Source: a bacterium (GTDB lineage Bacteria > CLD3 > SB21). Taken from it: DNA of 37,059 nt. Positions 19,679 through 28,344 of the stretch are shown here, one piece after another (the stretch's first letter is position 1; each line of letters opens with the position of its first letter). The stretch is from positions 1 through 37,059 of the forward strand of contig JABWCP010000030.1 of NCBI GenBank assembly GCA_013360215.1, written 5' to 3'. Under the pieces are notes generated by a model. It saw only the letters and a list, made by a program, of their open reading frames with translations. It did no database searches and was not told where the DNA came from. A program made the position numbers and the translations under genes.

Positions 19679-20728
19679 ATGGCCCGCGAAGAAAAAGAAA
19701 AAAACGCCTCGTACAATGATGTCCTCAAAGACGTGCGCAAAGGAAACGTCGCTCCGATGTATCTGCTCTACGGCAGCGAAGTTTTTCTCGCTGATCAATT
19801 GGCCGATGCGATCGTTCAAGCTGTTTTTAATGCCCCCAAAGACGACTTTAATTTGCATATTTTTTACGGCAAAGAAGCGCCGCTGGATACGGTGATCAGC
19901 ACGGCCTTGGGTTTTCCCGTCATGGCCGATCGGCAAGTTATTATTTTGCGCGAAGCCGATCAGTGGAAACTGACTAAAGATAAACGCGACGACCTCAAAG
20001 ATCTATTCCCCAAGTTCCCGGATACTACCGTATTTATAGCGATCGGCAGCGGCATTGATGTGCGTACCAATCCCTGGGCATGGATGCGAAAAAACGGCAT
20101 CGCCATCGAATTCAAACCGTTACGCGAAAATGAAATTCCCGTATGGATCGATCAATTTCTTGATGAACGCGGAAAAAAAATCACGGATCAGGCGTCGTTG
20201 TTGCTTCGAACGCGCGTAGATCTATCGCTCAGAGAGGTGCATAATCAGATTGATAAATTATGCACGTATATCGGCGATCGCGATACGATCAATGAAGAAG
20301 ATGTCGAAGAGGCCGTCGGCATTTCCCGCCAATACAATATTTTTGAATTTTGTAATGCCATCGGTAAACGCGATCTGACTAAAGCCATGGCGGTGTATGA
20401 ACAAATGGCGCGTTTTGGCGGTGAGCCGGTGTACATGATCGTTATGCTCACGCGGCACTACCATATTCTCCTCAAAATGTGCGAAATGCGTGATCAGGGC
20501 ACCGCGCCTTCACAGATTCAAGCCGTGATGATGACCGAAAACCGGATTTTTCCCAATTTTTTTCAAACCGACTATTGGCCGCAGGCGCAGAAACATAAAA
20601 CATCGGATGTCAAACTCGCTTTCCGTTGCCTTTTGCAGGCGGATATTCAGCTTAAGTCCAGCGCCGTTGACAAAGACATGCTCATGCAACATCTGATCTA
20701 CCAGCTCGCCACGAGTACCGCCGTATGA
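19679..20728 (+). CDS. holA: DNA polymerase III delta subunit
   Basis: PMYLLYGSEVFL, FNLHIFYG, FPVMADRQVI, GISRQYNIFE, ADIQLKSS. Confidence 0.92.
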   Translation: MAREEKEKNASYNDVLKDVRKGNVAPMYLLYGSEVFLADQLADAIVQAVFNAPKDDFNLHIFYGKEAPLDTVISTALGFPVMADRQVIILREADQWKLTKDKRDDLKDLFPKFPDTTVFIAIGSGIDVRTNPWAWMRKNGIAIEFKPLRENEIPVWIDQFLDERGKKITDQASLLLRTRVDLSLREVHNQIDKLCTYIGDRDTINEEDVEEAVGISRQYNIFEFCNAIGKRDLTKAMAVYEQMARFGGEPVYMIVMLTRHYHILLKMCEMRDQGTAPSQIQAVMMTENRIFPNFFQTDYWPQAQKHKTSDVKLAFRCLLQADIQLKSSAVDKDMLMQHLIYQLATSTAV

Positions 20729-21387
20729 CATCCGAAGAATCCAAACACGATCTCATCAGCGAAAGCCTCCGCGAACTGGTGCGTACGCCGCATTTGGTAC
20801 GGCAGGCCTTAAAAAATTATCAAAAATTGTCGGATGAAGAAGTGATCAACCGTTTTCAGGAAGGCGATCTCGTAGCTTACGACGTGATCGTGGCCCGATA
20901 CAAAGATCAGTTGATCAACTATGTGATGAGTTATGTCGGCGAAAAAAAAGATGCCGAAGATATCGTGCAGGATACGTTTGTCAAAATTTACCGTTTCAAA
21001 CAAATGTATAAACGCATTGCCAAGTTTTCTACATGGGTCTATACTGTCGCCGGCAATCTTGCCAAAAGCGAACTGCGCAAACGCAAACGCCAGCAACTGT
21101 ATCCGATTTCCAGCCTGGGGACGGATGAAAAAGAATTTGAAGCGGTCGAAACGCGGGTCAATGCGGATGAACTCACGGATTCCTCCGTGAAAAAAGATTT
21201 GATCAAAAAAGCGATTAAAACATTGCCGGAGCGATACCGCGAAGTGATTCGCCTTCGTGAGATAGAAAACCTTTCGTACGAAGAAATCGCGGAACAAACG
21301 CAACTTCCGATCGGCACCGTACGTTCGCGCATCAATCGCGCCCGTGTACAACTGCAATCCAAATTGAAATTTTTGGTGGAAAAATGA
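20725..21387 (+). CDS. ECF (sigma-70 family) RNA polymerase sigma factor
   Basis: DAEDIVQDTFVK, KFSTWVY, LSYEEIA, GTVRSRINRAR. Confidence 0.93.
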   Translation: MTSEESKHDLISESLRELVRTPHLVRQALKNYQKLSDEEVINRFQEGDLVAYDVIVARYKDQLINYVMSYVGEKKDAEDIVQDTFVKIYRFKQMYKRIAKFSTWVYTVAGNLAKSELRKRKRQQLYPISSLGTDEKEFEAVETRVNADELTDSSVKKDLIKKAIKTLPERYREVIRLREIENLSYEEIAEQTQLPIGTVRSRINRARVQLQSKLKFLVEK

Positions 21388-21881
21388 AAACGTCAAAAAA
21401 ACTTTCCCACGTGGACCATCGCGGCAAAGCGGCTATGGTCGATGTTTCCGGGAAATCGGACACCGAACGTAGTGCAACGGCAATGGCGCGCGTTACGATG
21501 AGCGCGGCGGCATTTGATGCCATACAAAACAACGCCATTAAAAAAGGCGATGTACTCACGGTGGCGCAACTCGCCGGAATCATGGCGGCCAAAAAAACTT
21601 CGGATCTTATTCCGTTGTGCCATCCGCTTAACATGAGCCGTGTGGATGTCGCCTGTTTTCCTGAACCGGACTCATTGTCCATTCGAATTGAAGCGACGTG
21701 CAAACTCCTGGGTAAAACAGGTGTTGAAATGGAGGCCCTAACGGCTGTAACGATTGCGGCGTTGACCGTTTACGATATGGCCAAAGCGATGGATAAAAAG
21801 ATGGTCATCCGCGATATATGCCTGCTCGAAAAAAGCGGCGGCAAAAGCGGGGTTTTCCGAAACAACAAAATGAAACCTTAA
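21384..21881 (+). CDS. moaC: cyclic pyranopterin monophosphate synthase
   Basis: MVDVSGK, KKGDVL, LIPLCHPL, TGVEMEAL, EKSGGKSG. Confidence 0.97.
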   Translation: MKTSKKLSHVDHRGKAAMVDVSGKSDTERSATAMARVTMSAAAFDAIQNNAIKKGDVLTVAQLAGIMAAKKTSDLIPLCHPLNMSRVDVACFPEPDSLSIRIEATCKLLGKTGVEMEALTAVTIAALTVYDMAKAMDKKMVIRDICLLEKSGGKSGVFRNNKMKP

Positions 21882-21886
21882 TTCTG

Positions 21887-22663
21887 ATGCGTTTTTTTTT
21901 CTGTCGTATTGTTTTTATCGGGGCGATTTTATGGGCGCCGCTTTCGGCCCAGCAAATACCCATCGGGGAACATACATCCTATAAACTTTCATACCTTTCG
22001 TTTTCGGCCGCTTCGGTTTCGTTTCAGGTAACCGGCATCGTCAATATCAACGACCGCCCATGTTATCGCCTCGTTACGGATGCACAAACCACATCTTTTT
22101 TTTCGGCGTTTTATGATTTGCATAATACGTATGAAACCTTTGTAGATACCGTAACCGGACTGCCTTTGCGTTATACCAAAAATATCGCGCAGAAAACCCT
22201 CCGCCAGCATTTGACTATAAATTACGATCATGATAACCAAACGGCGCAGTATGACGGCGGAAAATGGGATTCCGTGTTTACCGTAAATGTGCAACCGCAA
22301 TCGCATACTTTATTTTCAGCGCTATTTGATTTGCGACGACGGACGATGTACGAAGGAAAACAATGGGTTTACAATTTGGATAATGAGACCGAACCGTGGA
22401 AGATACAGGTCACCGTTTTATCGCGTGAAAATATCCCGGCGGCAGGAAAAGAGTATCCCGCTTACAAATTAGAAGTTCGATTCATCCCCGTCGGCGAAGA
22501 AAAAAAACGAAAGCATACCGACATCGTTACGCGGCGATTGGTACAAAGTGCGACAAAACTATATTATTGGATTGAGGCGGATGCGCCGCATAGGGGTGTG
22601 CAGATCGAACATGAAACGTCCCCGTTTAGTACCTACACCATTCTGACCGGTACCGGTAAATAA
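21887..22663 (+). CDS. DUF3108-like exported protein
   Basis: Signal peptide from ATG 21887, then GEHTSYKLSY ... CYRL..A.T..FFSAFY ... V/IPAAGKEY.A pattern. Confidence 0.7.
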   Translation: MRFFFCRIVFIGAILWAPLSAQQIPIGEHTSYKLSYLSFSAASVSFQVTGIVNINDRPCYRLVTDAQTTSFFSAFYDLHNTYETFVDTVTGLPLRYTKNIAQKTLRQHLTINYDHDNQTAQYDGGKWDSVFTVNVQPQSHTLFSALFDLRRRTMYEGKQWVYNLDNETEPWKIQVTVLSRENIPAAGKEYPAYKLEVRFIPVGEEKKRKHTDIVTRRLVQSATKLYYWIEADAPHRGVQIEHETSPFSTYTILTGTGK

Positions 22664-22667
22664 ATCA

Positions 22668-23489
22668 TTACGATTCTTTGAATATTCTATTCATGAATTT
22701 TTCATAAGATTTTTCATTGACCGGGCAAATCTCCGGCATCATGCTCAATGTAATGTCATAATGAATAAACGCACGATTGGCCGTAATCTTCAGGAAATCT
22801 TCCTTAAACTGCCATTCGGTATGAATATGCGGATTAAGGTCGTTGGGAAGCTTATTGATATAGTGGTCAATGGATTCATGACCGTAGCAAGGGCATAGTT
22901 CGTATTCGGCATTTTGTTTTTTCAAAAATGCACGCATCGCCGCTTTATCCAAATGAAAGGTATTACCCTGCCTTTTTCCGAATGTGTACCAAAGTTTGGT
23001 ATGATACTGCGCATAGTATGTCAGCGGATCCTGCCACCGTAGTACGATATTTCTCCCGTAGCAGCCGATAAAATCAGGATAAACGCTGACTTTGTTTGTA
23101 CCGCAATAGTCCTGCAGGTTTAGGTTCTTCCGATGACCCCAATATTGCTGATAACAGGCATACCACGTTTCAAAATCGTCTTTTTTGATCTCATCGCCTT
23201 TGAGAAAAAAACGCGTGTTTTTCCACGGTCCCGCCAGCGCATACAATTCCTGAAACTTGGAGAAATCTTTTTTGAAATAAATTGCACGAAACCACGTCAT
23301 GCCGCGCTCATCTACCAGCTCTACGAAAAATGGATTTTTTTTGGCTATGGCAATCGCCTGATCGAGCTTACCGGACGAAGCCATCTCAAATTCGATAGCC
23401 ACATACCAACCGCGGTCTATCCAGGCTACTTTGCGATGATCTTGAGCGGCGGCAGAGTCCGAAGCCGGTTCGACTTTATGTTTAAGCAT
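22668..23489 (-). CDS. hypothetical Cys/aromatic-rich soluble protein
   Basis: ORF extends to 23606, but that extension crosses a terminator. ATG 23489 with AGGA upstream is preferred (273 aa). Confidence 0.75.
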   Translation of the reverse strand: MLKHKVEPASDSAAAQDHRKVAWIDRGWYVAIEFEMASSGKLDQAIAIAKKNPFFVELVDERGMTWFRAIYFKKDFSKFQELYALAGPWKNTRFFLKGDEIKKDDFETWYACYQQYWGHRKNLNLQDYCGTNKVSVYPDFIGCYGRNIVLRWQDPLTYYAQYHTKLWYTFGKRQGNTFHLDKAAMRAFLKKQNAEYELCPCYGHESIDHYINKLPNDLNPHIHTEWQFKEDFLKITANRAFIHYDITLSMMPEICPVNEKSYEKFMNRIFKES

Positions 23490-23549
23490 ATTCCTGTTTA
23501 ATATGATTCCGTATGACTTATACTTTGAGTATAATAAAAAACCTTCAAC

Positions 23550-23583
23550 AAAAAAAGGCTGCCTTTCGACAGGCAGCCTTTTT
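23550..23583 (-). terminator. intrinsic terminator, copy 1 of 32-bp direct repeat
   Basis: Minus strand AGGCTGCCT-GTCGAA-AGGCAGCCT-TTTTTT, downstream of the gene ending at 23648. A/T runs on both sides. Confidence 0.88.
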
Positions 23584-23647
23584 GGTGTTCTACTATAGAA
23601 GTACATATATTTTCAATTAATGCATAATTAGCTTACCTGATTAAAAA

Positions 23648-24562
23648 TTATTGAATGTACTTTTTTGCAATTTGCACGGAACAACCCTGTATGGATGCAA
23701 TAAAATTAACTGTTGAAATTGAAAATGACCCAAAACACCCCGATACTCTGTCTCCGTATACGCTTGAATATTCCGATGGCTTGGAACCCATGATCTGATC
23801 TAAAAAACTCGAATATGTGGAGTCTGTCCCAAAACCTCGTATCTGGCCAAGCCGCCAGGAATAAAGAGAAAGATTTGAATCAAGCGTAACTACATTGCTG
23901 TATGATTCAGTATTGTCTGAATTATTATCAGACAGCAAAACAACACCGCTATCAATTTTCCCAAATGAAAACGCATACGAGAAGGGTACATCAACATCAT
24001 ACGAATTCTTATTTCGAACAAAATTCAACCTCGAATCAACATCTCGCGAATACTGTAAGTGGAATGCCCCTTCCAATGTTCCGTATTCTGTACGATTTAA
24101 ATAGAATTTATTTCCACAATATAGAGTATCATTATCGCCCGGAAACTCGATTACGGGATCGTTTGGAACTCTTGTGGTGCCCGTAATAATACGTCCATCG
24201 GTTAATTCTACTTGCAGAAAATAGCGATTCCCATTAATTATTTTAAGTTCCCTCTTTTTGTCAACAAATATTGTATATCCCCCTAGATACTCTCCTATAA
24301 ATGTAGTATCCAACTCCACGCTACCGGAATCACTCCAAATTTTAACTTTGGCATCGTCAATAGGAGTCTTCTTGTCTTGATTGACAATAAGGATACGGGG
24401 CCAGTAAACGCCAACTGTTGCTGGAAAAACAACATCAAGCTCTTTTATATATACTTTCGAAAGAACTCCTGTAACAATAACTCTGTCTTTCCGATTATCA
24501 TTTTCACATCCCCAAAAAATAGATAAAGCCAGTATTGATACTAAAATCATAATTGTTTTCAT
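23648..24562 (-). CDS. lipoprotein, DUF4249-like
   Basis: MKTIMILVSILALSIFWGC lipobox, PIDDAKVKI, GNRYFLQV..DGR.ITGTTRVP, and C-terminal S.V.G..SGCFGS. Confidence 0.7.
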   Translation of the reverse strand: MKTIMILVSILALSIFWGCENDNRKDRVIVTGVLSKVYIKELDVVFPATVGVYWPRILIVNQDKKTPIDDAKVKIWSDSGSVELDTTFIGEYLGGYTIFVDKKRELKIINGNRYFLQVELTDGRIITGTTRVPNDPVIEFPGDNDTLYCGNKFYLNRTEYGTLEGAFHLQYSRDVDSRLNFVRNKNSYDVDVPFSYAFSFGKIDSGVVLLSDNNSDNTESYSNVVTLDSNLSLYSWRLGQIRGFGTDSTYSSFLDQIMGSKPSEYSSVYGDRVSGCFGSFSISTVNFIASIQGCSVQIAKKYIQ

Positions 24563-24569
24563 ATAAAAA

Positions 24570-24583
24570 TTCACGTGGTGTGG
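24570..24583. repeat. 14-bp inverted repeat, left arm
   Basis: TTCACGTGGTGTGG, the exact reverse complement of 25914-25927. Confidence 0.9.
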
Positions 24584-24594
24584 TTTTAAATTAA

Positions 24595-25885
24595 CTATTT
24601 AACAAACGTAATGCTATAATCACAAACCAGGTTCCCATAGGCATCCCGAACAGCAGGACAGCTAAATTCCGAAGACGAACCAAAACGAAAATTGAGGTTT
24701 GTTGGTGTTATTTGCAAGATATCGCCATTATAGAAAGAATCGTTTTTGCTTCCTTTATCATGAACATCCCAAATTTGATAGTGAAGATTCCATTGCGCAG
24801 GAAAAACCGATTTTGAGAGATCATGATAGTACTGTGCGCGAGCATATCTGCGTGTGTTGTTGACAGTAGTATATTTGTGATATGTTGTACCCGCAACCTT
24901 ATCATTCTCAATAAAAGACAGCCCCGTATTATTAAACGATGAAAGCAACTTTATTGGCGTAGAAAATATTTTTGTTTTGGTACCCTTCGGTTTTTCTGAA
25001 TCCGGTAAAGTATAGGTCGAGTACTTACTTTCCGAGTTTATTTGATTTGCATAGGCTTTGTCCTTAGGTGTACCTGAGACCATAAGTATTTCAATGTCAT
25101 CAGCGGATGAATCGTATTTTCTAAACAGTCTCATGGCTTTAATTTTAAATTCAAAAGCCGAACTATTGTTGCTTCCTTTATTTAAAACAGATGGATCATT
25201 TTCTTCAGCTTCAAGAGTTACCATGATAGCGTTATAAGGAAGAGACTCTAAAGTCAACTCGTTAAATTCCGTACGTGGGTCTAAACCGACCGCTTCAGAG
25301 GCCGTACTTGCCTGTGCAAGGTTTTCATTGTCATAGTTGGCGCCGTCATAGTCAAGGTTTTCTAAATGAACTACATCTACTGTGCCATCGGCCAATGTGA
25401 AAGGAACCTCCATTTCTTCCGCCGTCTCATCGTACACATAGTCAAAATCAGGATCAACGCCAACCCCTGGAGGTAACATAGCTTGCTTAGCAAGGCTCTC
25501 CTCTGTTAGTTCTGAACTGTTGTGATTAATTAACTCCAATTTTATGGAGTGCTTCTTACCATTTATCCATACATAATCCGGTATGTTTAATACTGCATCA
25601 TTGGATTTTTGCAAGGATTTTTTTAAAGAAGAAAACGGAACGGCGGTTTTACGAATTGATTGAAACAAAGAGAAATCGAACCAAGTTGGATTTGAACCCA
25701 ACGCCGAAGCAACTTCTTTTAGGTAAGGTGAAACTTGTTCTTCAGAATCGAAAGAAGGAATCTCCCCGAGTTGAAATCTATTATCGTTTTCGGGTTGATT
25801 GCAGGCTACAAAAGATAGAACTAACGCAAGGGCAACCCCCCCGCAAATTCCAAGCCAATTTTCTGGTTTTCAGAATCGAAATCAT
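24595..25885 (-). pseudogene. hypothetical lipoprotein with +1 frameshift in its signal peptide
   Basis: GGGAG RBS and ATG at 25885 read into a stop after 34 codons. The long ORF frame is open upstream of 25701 and encodes GVALALVLSFVAC but has no start codon there. Removing 1 nt gives 429 aa. Confidence 0.7.
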
Positions 25886-25913
25886 AAGTGTAACTCCCTA
25901 TTTATTTATTTTT

Positions 25914-25927
25914 CCACACCACGTGAA
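25914..25927. repeat. 14-bp inverted repeat, right arm
   Basis: CCACACCACGTGAA, the exact reverse complement of 24570-24583. Confidence 0.9.
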
Positions 25928-25986
25928 GGTAATTCAATTTTATGATTTTTGGGTCGGTTACGACAAAAACAGTATACAAACATGGT

Positions 25987-26016
25987 ACTATAATAATTTT
26001 TTTTTAAAAAAATCAA
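25987..26016 (-). promoter_or_regulatory. putative sigma70 promoter of the lipoprotein island
   Basis: Minus strand TTGATT, 18 bp spacer (T and A homopolymers), TATAGT. Confidence 0.45.
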
Positions 26017-26027
26017 TAATTGTTCTT

Positions 26028-26059
26028 AAAAAAAGGCTGCCTTTCGACAGGCAGCCTTT
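26028..26059 (-). terminator. intrinsic terminator, copy 2 of 32-bp direct repeat
   Basis: Identical to 23550-23581; 22 bp after the stop codon at 26082. Confidence 0.88.
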
Positions 26060-26081
26060 GAAATCCATTTATTCTTTCAAA

Positions 26082-27482
26082 CTATTTTTTCTGATCGCCG
26101 AAAGGCAATTTGGTCGTAATGCCCACAAAAGGCATCACATAATTAACAGCCTTCAGAGATTTGTCTTTTTTCTCGATGAAAGTCCATTTGTAGTCAATAC
26201 CGGCTTGCATGACAAAAGGTCCCATCGTATAGGCTTCATAACCGAGGATCAAATGGGCTACGCTGCGTTTGCTGCGAAAACGAAATGCATCCGCAACACC
26301 GTCTAGGTATCCTTTATCATACGTTCCCGATACGATAACTTTAGGAATCAGATTAGGTGCGGACATTCCGATATGGATATAAGCGCTCTCGGACTTTTTA
26401 GCATTGTCGGGAATACTGATACCGCCTACAAATTGAATCTTGCCGATCAGATTGGCATAGATTTCACCGTAGTTGCCCTGGACGGCTTCGGCGTCGACGA
26501 CTTTGTAAGCCTTAGCGTCTTTATTGATTTCATAGACCGCGTCAAAATACTGCGGCATAAAGTCGCTGCTGAAAATACGACGTTCCAGTTTTACGCCTAA
26601 CTGGAATACATTGGCGATGAGATTAAATCGGAAATTACTTCCCAACGCAAAACCTTGCCCCGCGCCGTAGCTCTTGCCCATGCTCGCGGCGGAGTCGGCG
26701 AGATCATCGTTTTTCAACATGCGCGCAAATTCTGTATACGGTTGTATTTGTAGAAAACCATTATCCACAACCGTGATACCGGCATCTACACCCATGACGG
26801 TCATACCTTGAATGGCCGTCTTATTATCACGATCCGTCATATACGTTGCGCCGAATTCCGTACTTTTGATGATCGGTATATCCGTTTGTTTGAAAGGTTT
26901 GACGTACGGACGCACACCGTAAATGCTCACGCGATCAAAATCACTATACACCGCTTCGAAACCGTATTGCTGTTCGTAATTGATATCTACATTCATACCG
27001 ATCTTACGTTTTTCAAAGCTGATCCCGTTGGTATAATTATACATGATGAGACCATAACCCATCGTCGTTCCGGTCAGATCACCCAACCGCGCATAGACAG
27101 GATCTTTGTGTTTTACGCCATAACGGATATAGCGTATCATACGCAACGGCCCGACGCCGCCTTTAAATTCATCCGTACGCAGTTTGCCGTTTTCCGTGCT
27201 AAAAAGCAGAGGCACGTCCAAACCCATACCGAATTTTCCGAGCGTCAGTTCGGGTTGAATACGCAAACTGATATAACTTTTTCCGTCAATCGTTGTCACA
27301 CCCGCCGGCATGGTAAATTGACTTCCGCCGGAACCGTCATAAGGTCCTTGAAAATCAAAGCCACCCGACGAAGAAGCGCCTTCACCGGTTGTAGGATTAC
27401 CGCCTTCTTCTTGTGCTGACACGGAAAACGCTCCCGCGATAACCAACATCAGCATGACACGTAAGAACTTTTGAAAACGCAT
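26082..27482 (-). CDS. exported hypothetical protein, probable outer-membrane beta-barrel
   Basis: AGGAGG RBS before ATG 27482, signal peptide ending VSA|Q, many alternating amphipathic beta-strands. Confidence 0.7.
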   Translation of the reverse strand: MRFQKFLRVMLMLVIAGAFSVSAQEEGGNPTTGEGASSSGGFDFQGPYDGSGGSQFTMPAGVTTIDGKSYISLRIQPELTLGKFGMGLDVPLLFSTENGKLRTDEFKGGVGPLRMIRYIRYGVKHKDPVYARLGDLTGTTMGYGLIMYNYTNGISFEKRKIGMNVDINYEQQYGFEAVYSDFDRVSIYGVRPYVKPFKQTDIPIIKSTEFGATYMTDRDNKTAIQGMTVMGVDAGITVVDNGFLQIQPYTEFARMLKNDDLADSAASMGKSYGAGQGFALGSNFRFNLIANVFQLGVKLERRIFSSDFMPQYFDAVYEINKDAKAYKVVDAEAVQGNYGEIYANLIGKIQFVGGISIPDNAKKSESAYIHIGMSAPNLIPKVIVSGTYDKGYLDGVADAFRFRSKRSVAHLILGYEAYTMGPFVMQAGIDYKWTFIEKKDKSLKAVNYVMPFVGITTKLPFGDQKK

Positions 27483-27652
27483 TGTACCTCCTGACATTAT
27501 TAAATGTACGCCATTCATCCGATTAAACGGGCTAAGGTAAAACGAATATCGTCTATTTGCAAACTTGAAAATATATGCCGACAAAATAAAATCTTTGAGC
27601 ATACAGGCTAAGATCATATATTGACGCCATAATTCTATTATCGGATTGACGT

Positions 27653-27880
27653 ATGAATATTTCATCTCAAAAAATTATTTACCCTTTACTCGCCAGTCTG
27701 ACACTCGGCCTAGCGCCTTTCTTTCCGGAACCTCATATTTGGAAACAAATTGTTAACATCACCAACGGAACTTTTACCGAGCCGCTGGATTGGTTTGATT
27801 TGGCCATGCATGGCGCACCGTGGATATGGCTGATCTATGCGCTTGTAAAACAATTCAACAAGCCCGTTGAGCCGTCATAG
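27653..27880 (+). CDS. small conserved-type membrane protein
   Basis: LTLGLAPFFPEPHIW ... PLDWFDLAMHGAPW, two hydrophobic segments. Confidence 0.7.
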   Translation: MNISSQKIIYPLLASLTLGLAPFFPEPHIWKQIVNITNGTFTEPLDWFDLAMHGAPWIWLIYALVKQFNKPVEPS

Positions 27881-27978
27881 AATTTTTAAATCTGATAAAA
27901 TCTCTTTGTAATATATCACACGGATTCTACAAACCCTTGCCTGTAGCGGTTCTTCAGTGATTTTTTTATTTTTTTTTG

Positions 27979-28007
27979 TTGACTTCTTTTTTTAGACAGC
28001 CTATACT
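27979..28007 (+). promoter_or_regulatory. sigma70-type promoter
   Basis: TTGACT (27979-27984), 17 bp spacer, TATACT (28002-28007), with a T-rich UP-like tract upstream. Confidence 0.7.
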
Positions 28008-28061
28008 TGACCCGTTCTTATCTTTTCAAGTTATTCCTTTCTGATTTGTTTTATTCACTTC

Positions 28062-28280
28062 GGTCGCCTGTGACCAATCCGCAAAAGCATTTCCTTTGCT
28101 TTGGCGTTACGATTTAAAATTCTTCTGCTGCGTAAAGTAATTAACGCAGATTGTCGGTATTGACAAACCTTACTCTTATGAGGAGGAGTATGAGGCTTGT
28201 TGTTCATCACCGCATTCCGGCTTTACAAAGGCCGTCCCTTTTTTGCCCGCCCTGAACGGTACGGATACCGTTTCGTTTTT
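28062..28280 (+). other. structured 5' leader (seven consecutive hairpins) with 21-codon uORF at 28190-28255
   Basis: Hairpins at 28062-75, 28081-105, 28128-49, 28151-66, 28168-95, 28218-34 and 28255-72. The uORF reads MRLVVHHRIPALQRPSLFCPP. Confidence 0.45.
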
Positions 28281-28344
28281 CATTACTTCATTTTTATTAA
28301 ATAACAAATTTTCCAACGGCATGGTTATGAGGAGAGAATAACCC

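Noticed and set aside
23550..26059. IS element or prophage
   Set aside because: No transposase, integrase or phage genes between the direct repeats.
25656..26306. 216-aa plus-strand ORF
   Set aside because: Crosses a promoter, a terminator and two opposite-strand genes, and has no protein-like motifs.
27483..27665. N-terminal extension of the 527-aa ORF
   Set aside because: The SD and signal peptide point to ATG 27482; the extension spans the divergent promoter region.
28062..28280. known riboswitch (c-di-GMP, TPP, SAM, cobalamin) or tRNA
   Set aside because: No diagnostic consensus or cloverleaf recognised by eye; retained only as an unknown structured leader.
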